From Deinococcales bacterium (lineage in GTDB: Bacteria; Deinococcota; Deinococci; Deinococcales; JAAFIG01), in the NCBI GenBank assembly GCA_031414595.1, contig JANNVX010000096.1:1-11449 (forward strand): a stretch of DNA of 11,449 nt. The letters are read 5' to 3'. The notes beneath the pieces were generated by a model. The model saw only the letters and a list, made by a program, of their open reading frames with translations, had not been told where the DNA came from and did not search any database. How positions within the stretch are numbered: the stretch's first letter is position 1; each line of letters opens with the position of its first letter. Both the position numbers and the translations under genes were made by a program. Shown one piece after another: positions 1 to 8,663 of the stretch.

Positions 1-137
1 GTTCATTAAGTGACTGGTACAGCCGTAACATCATATTTTTGACTTTTAGTGAGTAGGTCTGCATTCAAATGACTTTACCAAACCGAGAACCGAATGACAC
101 TATTCTTGAAATCGGGAAGTTATTCTGGGACAAATCC
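1..137 (-). mobile_element. Left end of an ISAzo13-family-like insertion sequence (partial, runs off the window); transposase start at 64 on the minus strand
   Basis: Exact reverse complement of 11313-11449. Read on minus it starts GGATTTGTCCCAGAATAA after TTA (140-138). ATG at 64 gives MQTYSLKVKNMMLRLYQSLNE, resembling ISAzo13 transposase N-termini (Y-S-x-x-x-x-x-x-M-x-x-x-Y-x-S-L-N/S-E). It interrupts the DUF4258-like gene. Confidence 0.75.
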
Positions 138-428
138 TAAGTATTCGTTTATCCAAGCGACTTTGACCCTGTAAAAACGCTTATCTGATGTGATGTGTTC
201 AAAATTGATTCCAGCAACTCGTCCTAGTGCATTGTTTGGTAGATCTTTTGTGGTGGGTGTACCAACTAAAATAGCTTCGAGTAAATTGAGTAAACTTAGG
301 TTGTCTTCGGCGGCAGCATCAGCAGCATGTTCACTGATTCCTATTTCTTGGTTGTCCAGTGCGGTTTGAATCTGCTCGAGTTCCCAGTTCAGAATCTCGG
401 AAGTACTGAAATCAAATGCTTGGGACAC
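138..428 (-). pseudogene. DUF4258-like putative toxin, C-terminus interrupted by the IS
   Basis: Likely start is GTG at 428, with TATCAT 5 nt upstream. Ungapped alignment to 10267-10581 gives 57/97 identical residues (hand count) up to RVKVAWINEY. The paralog then continues AIITAYKI, whereas this copy reads GFVPE* from IS sequence (stop at 120-122). Confidence 0.75.
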
Positions 429-787
429 GCTTGATGATAGCACAAGCTCAAGAGATTGGAATTATGTACTGCCCCCGCTCGAGCCAGCCACGCACTTTCT
501 GGCATGGTCGCTGTGATAGTGATGCTTCTCATTTAAAAAGACAAGTCTACCTTATAGCTATACCCCTTGAGCCAGAAAGTTTTGGTGTAGATACTGCGTA
601 TTATTATCATGAGAAACGCTTGTATCACGAATCCAATCGCATTTTGAAAAATGTCTTGTCATCCTATTTGAAAAGGATTGTTGACACTTCTTTTTTTGAA
701 ATCATCTGGAATTCGAAGTTTATTTGGGAATTGCTAGAACGACTGCATTGTAGCTTCGTTCGTTCACACAAATTTTTCGGCTTTAAC

Positions 788-1981
788 TTAGCTCGTTTTC
801 CATTGATCACCTAGCATGATTCGTTTCATGTACTGGTCAAATAACGGCACAGTAAATCCTGTATCACCATGACTTGGTGACCAAATCATACCTTTAAGTA
901 AAAGCTGATTTCTTGTTGGTCCAAGTGAACTGACCTTACGACCCAGAATTGTGGCAATATCTCCTGAGCGGTGCGGACCAGCCCCAAGTTCAGCCATTGC
1001 CCGTAAGTACCTTTTTTCAAATGGGGTACAGCGATCAAAACGAACCCGAAAAAAACTTTCATCAAGGGCAGTTAAAGCACTCAATGAAGCAAATTCAACA
1101 TCTTGCAAAGTAATTAAGCTTGTACTTGCGGTATTCCAAGCGTGTTTGCCCCATTCTTGCAAGAAATATGGATAGCCTTGGGTTTGGGTAATAATTCGGG
1201 TTAGTGCATCAGGTGAAATTTGGGCTGATTGATCAGTAATTGGTTTTTGAATGGCGATTCGAGCGGCTTCTTCATTTAAAGGTCCGATTTCTGGAAAATC
1301 AAATAAGCGTTCTGCATATGATTTAGCGCGTCCCATTTGCGCTCTGAGTTGTGGTAAACCAGCTCCAATCAAAACCACTGGCATTTGAGCTTGGGCAATG
1401 CGGTGCAAAGCTGTAATCAATGCCTCGAGTTGTTTTTGTTCAACATACTGAAGTTCATCAATAAAAATAACCAAGGCAGTCCCAGCTTGTTTCGCGGCTG
1501 CACCAACGGTTTCGAGTAAGGCTTGTAAATCATGCTCGAGGTCGCCATTGTCAGCTAATCCGGGTTCTGGTTCAGTGTCAAAACCAACTTCTATATCTTC
1601 AAACTTGACTTTTAAGGCTTTTGCAAACCCTGCTAATGCTTTTAAGCCTCGCTGTGCCAAGTCTTTAGCACTTTCAATCCTCGAGAGTCTTAGAAGTGCT
1701 AAGCGCAGCTGAGGTGCGAGAACTGCTGGAAGCGAACGTTCTTCAGGGGCTTCGATACGAATACTGTGAATGCCTGTACTTTCAGCATCTTTTCGCATTT
1801 GGTCGAGCAGCACTGTTTTGCCCACACCACGAAGACCAACCAATAACACACTTTTGTTGAAATAACCGCGACGAATCCGTTCAATGGCAATACGAACCGT
1901 TTCACGCACTTCATTACGCCCAGCTAATTCTGGGGGAGCTGACCCTGCTCCTGGTGCAAATGGGTTTGAGATTGGATTCAC
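788..1981 (-). CDS. Standalone P-loop ATPase (AAA_16/STAND-like) with probable C-terminal winged-helix domain
   Basis: N-terminal NPFAPGAGSAPPELAGR, Walker A GLRGVGKT, Walker B VIFIDELQ, GYPYFLQ motif, C-terminal SGDIATILGRKVSSLGPTRNQLLLKGMI (wHTH-like). GTG start with TATACT 6 nt upstream. Confidence 0.85.
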   Translation of the reverse strand: MNPISNPFAPGAGSAPPELAGRNEVRETVRIAIERIRRGYFNKSVLLVGLRGVGKTVLLDQMRKDAESTGIHSIRIEAPEERSLPAVLAPQLRLALLRLSRIESAKDLAQRGLKALAGFAKALKVKFEDIEVGFDTEPEPGLADNGDLEHDLQALLETVGAAAKQAGTALVIFIDELQYVEQKQLEALITALHRIAQAQMPVVLIGAGLPQLRAQMGRAKSYAERLFDFPEIGPLNEEAARIAIQKPITDQSAQISPDALTRIITQTQGYPYFLQEWGKHAWNTASTSLITLQDVEFASLSALTALDESFFRVRFDRCTPFEKRYLRAMAELGAGPHRSGDIATILGRKVSSLGPTRNQLLLKGMIWSPSHGDTGFTVPLFDQYMKRIMLGDQWKTS

Positions 1982-1987
1982 AGGTAG

Positions 1988-2039
1988 AGTATATACTTAA
2001 ATTAGCTAAATTATATAAAAAATATAATTTAGCTAATTT
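1988..2039 (-). promoter_or_regulatory. -10 box of the ATPase gene (1988-1993) plus a 41-bp palindromic putative operator (1999-2039)
   Basis: AAATTAGCTAAATTATAT-aaaaa-ATATAATTTAGCTAATTT has perfect 18-bp arms. AGTATA at 1988-1993 is TATACT on the minus strand. Confidence 0.7.
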
Positions 2040-2198
2040 CGATATATTATCCAACAAATGTCGGTTTCTACACTTAGCTTAATGGCATTTCATTTTACAC
2101 TTATGCCAAAAAAAGGCAATTCTCATTTAAAGTGACAAGTACACCTTATATCTACAATACGGTCAAGTTTCTATTTTGTCATGGAGACTTGTCTTAAA

Positions 2199-2266
2199 GT
2201 CAAATAAACTTGACAAATAGCCTAGTTTGCTTTACACTTCTTTTATTCAAGAAAAACCCAAAGGAG
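2199..2266 (+). promoter_or_regulatory. Sigma70-type promoter with two 16-bp putative XRE operators and an RBS
   Basis: TTGACA (2210-2215), 17-nt spacer, TACACT (2233-2238). GTCAAATAAACTTGAC (2199-2214) and degenerate GCCTAGTTTGCTTTAC (2220-2235) start 21 bp apart. AGGAG at 2262-2266. Confidence 0.75.
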
Positions 2267-2273
2267 TGAACCC

Positions 2274-2462
2274 ATGAATATCTATTACAACCCAGAAAAA
2301 CTCGAGAGGCTGTTCCAAGAAGCCCAAACCTTTGCGCTCCTCGAGCCAGTTCGTAACACCCGAGCCAAATACTTGCGCCGTGCTGTCAAAGCCGCCAAAT
2401 ACGCCCTACAAACTGCTTGGGCAGCCCTAACCCAGACCCTCGAGCCAAAGGGGGCATTATGA
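2274..2462 (+). CDS. Small basic hypothetical protein (62 aa), first gene of the operon
   Basis: Strong RBS, directly downstream of the promoter. Its stop overlaps the next ATG (ATGA at 2459-2462). Confidence 0.7.
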   Translation: MNIYYNPEKLERLFQEAQTFALLEPVRNTRAKYLRRAVKAAKYALQTAWAALTQTLEPKGAL

Positions 2463-3496
2463 AAATCGAACACCGCAGCAAGAATCAATTTACCCCGGAT
2501 TTTATTCATGCGATTGTCGAACACAGCAACCGCCACCGCTTAGAAACCCACCCCGACGACCCTGCCAGAGACCCCGAAGAGATGGTGGCACAGATGGCGC
2601 ATATCCCATCTATTTTAGAGCTTGAAACTTGGAGTGTATCCGATGCCAACGGGGGGATTGGCGCTCATGCGACACTGCAAATTCTCAATATGGACACCAA
2701 TCAGCACCTTGTCCAACTCGAGTTGGTGGTGGAATCGAACTTGCGTCGTCAAGGTATAGGTAGACAATTACTTGGTTTGGCGGTTCAGCACAGTCAACAA
2801 CTTGGACGGACTTTACTGATTACCGATAGCAGTGACCGTGTTACAGCAGGGCAGCCTTTCCTCGAGAAGTACGGACTGACCCAAGGCTTGGTCAACCATG
2901 TCAATCAACTTAAAATTGGCGAATTACCCAGTGGCTTACTTGAGTCTTGGACAACGCGGCAACCCGATGATTATGCACTAGAAATTTGGCATGGTGATAT
3001 TCCAGAAGAAGATTTAATGGCTTACGCCGAATTAAGTAATGTCATGAACACCGCCCCAAAAGATGATTTGGATGTAGAAGATTTCAATATGACTCCCCAA
3101 TTACTGCGCCAACAAGAAGCCATGCGAAAGGCTGGCAACCGAGATGCTTTAACGGCTGTGGTGCGCCATAAAAACGGTACTTTGGTTGGCTTAAACGAAC
3201 TTGGTTGGAGTAAAAGCCGCGCTGGAATTGTCTCTCAAGGTGGCACGGGCGTACTGCCAGACCATCGTAATCATGGCTTGGGGCGCTGGCTCAAAGCTGC
3301 AAATGTGCGGCGCTTGCTCGAACTTAACCCGGAAGCCCAATTTATTCGCACTGGTAACGCCGACAGCAATGCCCCGATGCTAAAAATAAATACCGAAATG
3401 GGTTTTAAGCCCTACATTGCCAGCATTGCTTGGCAAGGCAACATCGCCACGATTCTCGAGAAGCTAGAGACTCCTGTACTCGAGAAGGTAGGCTGA
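2459..3496 (+). CDS. Tandem-domain GNAT family N-acetyltransferase
   Basis: Two acetyl-CoA-binding motif A sequences (VESNLRRQGIGRQLL; TGVLPDHRNHGLGRWLK) and C-terminal NADSNAPMLKINTEMGF. Start moved to ATG 2459 because of the ATGA coupling. Confidence 0.9.
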   Translation: MKIEHRSKNQFTPDFIHAIVEHSNRHRLETHPDDPARDPEEMVAQMAHIPSILELETWSVSDANGGIGAHATLQILNMDTNQHLVQLELVVESNLRRQGIGRQLLGLAVQHSQQLGRTLLITDSSDRVTAGQPFLEKYGLTQGLVNHVNQLKIGELPSGLLESWTTRQPDDYALEIWHGDIPEEDLMAYAELSNVMNTAPKDDLDVEDFNMTPQLLRQQEAMRKAGNRDALTAVVRHKNGTLVGLNELGWSKSRAGIVSQGGTGVLPDHRNHGLGRWLKAANVRRLLELNPEAQFIRTGNADSNAPMLKINTEMGFKPYIASIAWQGNIATILEKLETPVLEKVG

Positions 3497-3499
3497 AAT

Positions 3500-4618
3500 A
3501 TGACAGCCATTCTCGAAGGTGAAACCCTTAAAAAAGCCCAGCGTCGTGAAATTGAGCGGGTACATTCCAATCTCTGGGGTTTAGGTTTAGCCCTAGTCAC
3601 ATTTATTGTTTTCGTGCCACTTGGTGCAGCCAGTGCTTTGCGAGAGACACTTGGCGGTGGGGATAAGTTGCTCGAGATGATTTTATTTGTATTGGTTTTT
3701 TCAATAATCAGCAGCCTGATTGCTTTTCCAATCAGTGTTTATTACGGCTTCACCCGTGAAAAACGCGATGGAATGCTAAAACAAAATTTTCTTGGCTGGT
3801 TCTTGGACGAACTCAAGCAAATGGCGATTGGGTTGATTATCAGCACAATTCTTTTTGTGGGTCTATTCAGTGCTTTTCGTTCCTTTCCAGACCTCTGGTT
3901 TCCTGTGGCTTTGGCTGGCATCACGGTATTTTTTGCGGTGATTTTGTTTCTTAGCCCCAAATTAGCTCGGATGCGTTTCAAAAGCGCTCCGCTTGATAAC
4001 CCAGAACTCGAGGCTCGAGTACAAGGGTTGTTCAATAACGCAGGGCAGAAACTCAGTAAAGTCTCCAAATGGGTTTTTGGAGAAAAAATTACGCAAGGCA
4101 ACGCTGCGCTTGTACCAGACGGCTTTGGTTCGGAAGTGCTGATTTCCGACACGCTGATGCAAAGCATGGATATTGAAGGGATTGAAGTGGTGTTGGCGCA
4201 TGAGCTTGGACACCGCGTCCACAAAGACATTCAAAAAAATATGATTTTTGCTTGGTTTAGCTTTGCCCTAATGATTGCTGTATCGTATTTTACAATCAAT
4301 ACCTTGAGCGGCGTGGGTGGGATTCGCGGTGCAACCGATATTGCCGCCTTGCCAATTCTGCTTTTTGTGTTTACGGTTTTATCCGAAATAACAGGTTTAG
4401 CCCGCAACGCCATCATTCGCCGTGCCGAGTATGCCGCCGACCGCTACGCCATGCAGCAAACCAAAAATTTTCCAGCTTTTGAACGGGCGTTTCGGTCACT
4501 TGCCAAAGGTAATTTATCTGACCCCAACCCACCCGAATGGATCGAAATCTGGTTGCACGACCACCCAAGTATCGAAAAACGAATTGCTGCCGCCCGAGCT
4601 TGGGCGCAGACGGGGTGA
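3500..4618 (+). CDS. M48 family (Ste24-like) membrane zinc metallopeptidase
   Basis: Multiple hydrophobic segments, HEXXH as LAHELGH, third-ligand motif EYAADRYA, C-terminal HDHPSIEKRI. Confidence 0.9.
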   Translation: MTAILEGETLKKAQRREIERVHSNLWGLGLALVTFIVFVPLGAASALRETLGGGDKLLEMILFVLVFSIISSLIAFPISVYYGFTREKRDGMLKQNFLGWFLDELKQMAIGLIISTILFVGLFSAFRSFPDLWFPVALAGITVFFAVILFLSPKLARMRFKSAPLDNPELEARVQGLFNNAGQKLSKVSKWVFGEKITQGNAALVPDGFGSEVLISDTLMQSMDIEGIEVVLAHELGHRVHKDIQKNMIFAWFSFALMIAVSYFTINTLSGVGGIRGATDIAALPILLFVFTVLSEITGLARNAIIRRAEYAADRYAMQQTKNFPAFERAFRSLAKGNLSDPNPPEWIEIWLHDHPSIEKRIAAARAWAQTG

Positions 4619-4621
4619 AAG

Positions 4622-4822
4622 ATGGATAACCGAATCCGTGAACTTCGGGCTGTAAAGCGCTTATCACAAGCCGACCTTGCCGATGCGCTTGGGGTTAGCC
4701 GCCAAACGATTAACGCCCTCGAGACTGGAAAGTACGACCCAAGCCTGCCTTTGGCGTTTAAGTTAGCCAAACTTTTTAATCAACGTATCGAAGAGATTTT
4801 TCTCGAGGAGACAAGCACATGA
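4622..4822 (+). CDS. XRE-family (HTH_3) transcriptional regulator
   Basis: MDNRIRELR...LSQADLADALGVSRQTINALETGKYDPSLPLAFKLAKLF is the canonical short XRE pattern. Confidence 0.93.
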   Translation: MDNRIRELRAVKRLSQADLADALGVSRQTINALETGKYDPSLPLAFKLAKLFNQRIEEIFLEETST

Positions 4823-5436
4823 GTTTTTTATTTGGTGTAATCCTTTTTTTTGTTAATTTCTATCTTGTTTTTTACTTCTTGATTCGGGCAATTACCGTGC
4901 CATCGGTGCTTTTGGTGGTCTCGCCGACAGCCCTGACGCGGCGCTTTATTCGGCGTTCGGCAAGCGGCAAAAGTAGCTTAGACATTAATGTGGATGCCAG
5001 AAAACTCAGTGACCGACTGGTTCAACCAAAAGTTCTGATTGGTACAGCCGCCGTCGCCATTGCTGGTTATGCGCTCAGTGGGAATTTTGCCTATCTTTGG
5101 ATTGCTGGCACAATGTTACTAACCATTTTTGCCGAACAAGACAAAATGGATGAACGCACCTTTGAAATCTGGACAAGGGCATTGGCGGCTGTTTCGGACG
5201 CGGTGATTGTCGGTGTGCTGTTTTTTATGACTATTTTTCGCTTACAAGTGGATGCCTTTGGGTTACTGACCTTTATGCTTTTTGCCCGCGAATTGCTATT
5301 GTTTTTTGCACGGCGCTGGCTCGAGTCCGAACCCGAATTTGAAGCCTATGATGGCGGAAAGTCGGAAACGGAAACAAGAATAGGTATTTTTGTAGACAAC
5401 AAAGTTGCTGATGCCGATAGCGAAAAACCCTCGTGA
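4819..5436 (+). CDS. Hypothetical membrane protein (DER-motif, DUF2178-like partner of short XRE regulators)
   Basis: ATGA overlap with the XRE gene, RBS GAGGAG, several hydrophobic stretches, MDERTFEI motif followed by two TM-like segments. Confidence 0.7.
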   Translation: MSFLFGVILFFVNFYLVFYFLIRAITVPSVLLVVSPTALTRRFIRRSASGKSSLDINVDARKLSDRLVQPKVLIGTAAVAIAGYALSGNFAYLWIAGTMLLTIFAEQDKMDERTFEIWTRALAAVSDAVIVGVLFFMTIFRLQVDAFGLLTFMLFARELLLFFARRWLESEPEFEAYDGGKSETETRIGIFVDNKVADADSEKPS

Positions 5437-5449
5437 ACATGATGCAGCC

Positions 5450-6433
5450 TTACGGTTCAATCAAGACCTTGCCTGTGCTTGCCCTCGAGAGAACAAAATC
5501 AAAGGCTTTACCAGCTTCTTCTAAACGAAAAACCTCGCCAATTTGTGGTTTGACTTTTCCACTCTCGAGTAGCGGGTAAATAAAGGCGGTGGCGGCTTGT
5601 ATTTCTTCGGGAATACCCATAAATGGTGTTAGCCAAACGCCGATAACCGCTAGATTTTTTTTCATCAGGGCAGTTGGGGTTAAACTGGCGGCTTCACGGC
5701 TGGCGTTGCCAATCACCATCACCCGCCCAAGATGATTCATCACACTCAGACGGTCTTGGAAACCACTGCCCCCAGCCACCGATAAGTAGACATCCACACC
5801 TTTTGGGGCAAACTCGAGAATTTTTTGGCGTAATTCTGGGTCGTCGCCAAGAAAAACTGCATCTGCGCCTAGGCTTTTGGCAAGCTCGAGTTTGCTGCTG
5901 GTGCTGGCAGTCGCAACCACAGTGCAGTTCATGGCTTTTGCCAGTTGGATACTGGCTGTGCCGAGCGCTCCAGCCGCCGCTTCGACCCAGACGACTTCTT
6001 TTTCTTGGACTCGCCCAAGGGTGCGTAAGGCAAAGTAGGCTGTGTAAAACGAAACGGGTAGTGCAGCCGCTTCTCGAGGAGTCAAGGCACTTGGAATCGG
6101 TAAGCAAGCCGCCGCATGAATCGTGGCGTACTCGGCAAAAGCACCACTGCCACCAAGTCCAGCCACCAATTGCCCTATTTGTAAATTGGTCACGCCTTCG
6201 CCAAGCGCAACCACTGTGCCACTAAATTCCATACCGGGGGTGTAGGGTGTGCGGGTACGGGTCAGGTACTCGCCACGCACGGCTAAAATATCGGCGAAGT
6301 TCAAGCCGACACTCGAGACTTTTAGTAACACTTGGCGAGAGCGTAGTTCTGGGACTGGAACATTTTGAACTTTCAGCACTTCTATGCCACCGAGTTCTTC
6401 AACAACTATTGCTTTCATGGTTTGTGGGGTCAT
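5450..6433 (-). CDS. NADPH:quinone oxidoreductase (zeta-crystallin-like, MDR superfamily)
   Basis: MKAIVV start, GLNFADI, PYTPGMEFSGTV, AAAGALGTASIQLAK nucleotide-binding motif, C-terminal STGKVLI, no zinc-ligand Cys pattern. TAGACT lies 6 nt before the ATG. Confidence 0.92.
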   Translation of the reverse strand: MTPQTMKAIVVEELGGIEVLKVQNVPVPELRSRQVLLKVSSVGLNFADILAVRGEYLTRTRTPYTPGMEFSGTVVALGEGVTNLQIGQLVAGLGGSGAFAEYATIHAAACLPIPSALTPREAAALPVSFYTAYFALRTLGRVQEKEVVWVEAAAGALGTASIQLAKAMNCTVVATASTSSKLELAKSLGADAVFLGDDPELRQKILEFAPKGVDVYLSVAGGSGFQDRLSVMNHLGRVMVIGNASREAASLTPTALMKKNLAVIGVWLTPFMGIPEEIQAATAFIYPLLESGKVKPQIGEVFRLEEAGKAFDFVLSRASTGKVLIEP

Positions 6434-6498
6434 GGTTGGAGTCTAACACTTTGTAAAGGCTTGGCTCGAGTATAAAATCTTTCATTGGGCAAGGTGCG

Positions 6499-6537
6499 TG
6501 GCATAATTTTGCCAATTTTTTGCTACACTTGCCAATT
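6499..6537 (+). promoter_or_regulatory. Putative operator and -10 box of the AbrB-type gene
   Basis: Palindrome TGGCA-TAATTT-TGCCA (6499-6514), TTGCCAATT repeated at 6509 and 6529, TACACT at 6524-6529. Confidence 0.55.
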
Positions 6538-6747
6538 ATGCAGGCTGAGACGATTTCCATAGACACTTTTGGGCGAGTTCTAATCCCAAAACGATTACGA
6601 ATCGAACTGAATCTCGAGCCTCAAAGTCAACTCGAGATTCAAATACAAAACGGTTCACTGCTGCTCAGTCCGCGCCAACAGGGAGAGGTTGTCGAACAAG
6701 ATGGAATTTTTGTTTGGACAGGCACAGATATTCCAGACAAGTGCTAA
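6538..6747 (+). CDS. AbrB/MazE/SpoVT-family DNA-binding antitoxin-like protein (orphan, possibly C-terminally truncated)
   Basis: ISIDTFGRVLIPKRLRIELNLEPQSQLEI is the swapped-hairpin signature. Start taken as ATG 6538. No toxin gene follows. Confidence 0.8.
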   Translation: MQAETISIDTFGRVLIPKRLRIELNLEPQSQLEIQIQNGSLLLSPRQQGEVVEQDGIFVWTGTDIPDKC

Positions 6748-6756
6748 ACTATTCTT

Positions 6757-7143
6757 ATGTCGCTGACCCTAACCCTTGACCCTGCGCTCGAGCAACGGCT
6801 TTTGCTGGAAGCTCAGATTTCTGGGCTGTCACTCGAGACATGGTTGGCTCAAGACCTAAAATCTCGTTTTCAAGCCGATGTTACCGAAACTGTTTTGCTG
6901 CAAAGAATTTCTTTGGGGCTTCCAGAGTCTTTTTGGTTGGCTTATCGTGCCTTAATTAAAAAACGAGATAACCAAACACTAACAGCCACAGAGCAACTCG
7001 AATTAATTGCCATGTCTGACCAAACCGAGGAATTAACTTTGCAACGCACCGAGGCACTGCTCGAGTTGGCGCATCGTCGCAACACCACACTCGAGGCATT
7101 GCGCTTACAATTTGGTTTGCAGCCTATTGCCGTTCAGTCATGA
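6757..7143 (+). CDS. Antitoxin-like protein of the type found upstream of HNH endonucleases
   Basis: RHH-like start (MSLTLTLDPALEQRL), then ETVLLQRI...YRALIKKRDNQTLTATEQLELIAMSDQTE...RTEALLELAHRR. Own TAAACT box 6 nt before the ATG; ATGA-coupled to an HNH remnant. Confidence 0.7.
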   Translation: MSLTLTLDPALEQRLLLEAQISGLSLETWLAQDLKSRFQADVTETVLLQRISLGLPESFWLAYRALIKKRDNQTLTATEQLELIAMSDQTEELTLQRTEALLELAHRRNTTLEALRLQFGLQPIAVQS

Positions 7144-7267
7144 CAGAATCTCACTGATTGGTTTGTCTGCAACGGCTCGAGCCACCATTCAAAAACTGGA
7201 CTTAAATCGTTCTCGAGTGAAAAATCTTAGAAGAGTTTTGGCTTTAGCAGGGGAACACCCAAAGTAA
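7140..7267 (+). pseudogene. HNH endonuclease remnant (start codon joined out of frame to the C-terminal 37 residues)
   Basis: ATG at 7140 reads MTESH*. In another frame 7154-7267 reads LIGLSATARATIQKLDLNRSRVKNLRRVLALAGEHPK*, matching the typical C-terminal tail (IGLTxxGRATxxxLxLNR...GEHP) of this HNH family. The catalytic part is missing. Confidence 0.7.
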
Positions 7268-7296
7268 TTTCAGGCTACACCATGAATTTGCGAGGT

Positions 7297-7397
7297 GGCA
7301 GCAATTAGCCTCGAGCCGTAGAAAATTATATTACGGCTGTAAAAAAATCGAGGTCTCGAGCCAAGCGCATGAAGCTAAGGCAGCCATTAGCCTCGAG
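7297..7397. repeat. 19-bp direct repeat pair ending in CTCGAG
   Basis: GGCAGCAATTAGCCTCGAG (7297-7315) and GGCAGCCATTAGCCTCGAG (7379-7397), 18/19 identical. Confidence 0.6.
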
Positions 7398-7412
7398 AAA
7401 GTTGTGGTTGAA

Positions 7413-8090
7413 CTATAATAGGGCAGCTTTGATTTCCGATGCAGGAAGTTGAACTTTTAGGAAATCTACTGGTAATTCTGCTATTGAGAACTTAGCAGAT
7501 GCAGTTAGTTCTTCAGGACGAATCCGAATGCAAATGTCTTCTTCGACTGATTTAATGTGTGCTTCAGGAATAGTGGGATTAGTATTTTTTTTATTTCGTT
7601 CTCTCATTGCCGATACCATGTGATTTACAAATTGTGTATCTTCGGGTCGTGATTCCCATGATTGCCAATCAACGAGCTTTATGCCTACTTGCGCCTCAAA
7701 AACTGCGAGGATAAATGTAGTGCATGTCAACCCGACCTCGTTCAGGGCAGATGAGTAGTAGCCGCTTTTATTTATTTGTCCACCCTTATAGGTTATACCA
7801 TAAGGGATTTTTGCCTTCTTACTTGCAATTAGTTCGCATTGGTAAACCACCCCTTTAGCCCTTGTGCGATTCAAACGAATATTCACCCAATGGTATGAGT
7901 TATCTAGTCTTTCATTTCGCAAATCATGATGAAAAGCAAAATGTAAAACCTGAAGTTCATTTTTTAAGTTCTTGTACAGAATTCCGATATGAAACCTGTC
8001 GCTTGCAATTTTTTTTATCGCAATAGCAAGCGAGTAGGGGCTACTTATGAAAACATTTTGGTCAGATTCTAGCCATGTGGGTACTGCCAT
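7413..8090 (-). CDS. Putative permuted papain-like (NlpC/P60, YaeF/YiiX-type) cysteine amidase/peptidase
   Basis: Motif order FHIGILY (H34), VLHF (H50), IPYG (Y97), GLTCTTFI (C123), C-terminal IRPEEL. His before Cys is the permuted arrangement. No signal peptide is visible. Confidence 0.6.
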   Translation of the reverse strand: MAVPTWLESDQNVFISSPYSLAIAIKKIASDRFHIGILYKNLKNELQVLHFAFHHDLRNERLDNSYHWVNIRLNRTRAKGVVYQCELIASKKAKIPYGITYKGGQINKSGYYSSALNEVGLTCTTFILAVFEAQVGIKLVDWQSWESRPEDTQFVNHMVSAMRERNKKNTNPTIPEAHIKSVEEDICIRIRPEELTASAKFSIAELPVDFLKVQLPASEIKAALL

Positions 8091-8093
8091 GAT

Positions 8094-8663
8094 TCAAATT
8101 AGTCCCCAAAGCATCTCAGTTGTTTCAGTTTCGCCCAGAGCTTTGATGGCTTTAATTTTGACTGAGTTAAAGAATTCTTGTCGTATACTTGCGAGAAAGT
8201 AATCAAAGCGATATGTCACGGTTAATAATCCAACGAGAAGATCAATCTGTAGATTATTCTTGATGGCAGCTTCAAATATATTCTTGACTTTCTCGGCATT
8301 TAAATGTTGCTCAAGGGCAGTATCCACATAGTTATACAGCAGACGATAGGCAGAATCTTCGTCGTTCTCATAAGATAGCCGCGCCAGTTTAACAACATCA
8401 TTTGCTTCTGACTCCTGTTCCCGTTCAATAACAAATGCGTGGCAGCCAAGCCAGACTGAAAACAAGCTTTCATCTGAAACTTCTAAGTCCTGAGAATATA
8501 GGGAAGTTGTGTATGGGAATGAACGTATTAGCACCTTTCTAGGGGTAGTTGGGGTGGTCTTAGAGGAAGAATTGATATATCCTTCGTAATTTTGTCGTAT
8601 TTGTGAACCAACAATGCTGTCTTGAAGATTTGTTGAGGTTTGATTTTTTTGATTAAAGTTCAT
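8094..8663 (-). CDS. Hypothetical protein (S/T/N/Q-rich N-terminus, acidic helical C-terminal domain)
   Basis: 189-aa ORF, ATGA-coupled to the upstream gene and 3 nt from the downstream start. Confidence 0.75.
   Translation of the reverse strand: MNFNQKNQTSTNLQDSIVGSQIRQNYEGYINSSSKTTPTTPRKVLIRSFPYTTSLYSQDLEVSDESLFSVWLGCHAFVIEREQESEANDVVKLARLSYENDEDSAYRLLYNYVDTALEQHLNAEKVKNIFEAAIKNNLQIDLLVGLLTVTYRFDYFLASIRQEFFNSVKIKAIKALGETETTEMLWGLI

Noticed and set aside
416-814. 132-aa plus-strand ORF as an intact gene
   Set aside because: It overlaps the start of the DUF4258-like gene and the end of the ATPase, with no clear initiation signal. Kept only as a possible fragment.
951-6456. Shadow ORFs (951-1175, 1699-1914, 2285-2536, 3201-3383, 3412-3600, 3742-4230, 3962-4234, 4231-4416, 4413-4667, 4422-4655, 4444-4770, 5674-6225, 5694-6107, 6247-6456)
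   Set aside because: Antisense or alternate-frame overlaps of well-supported genes, with no recognisable motifs.
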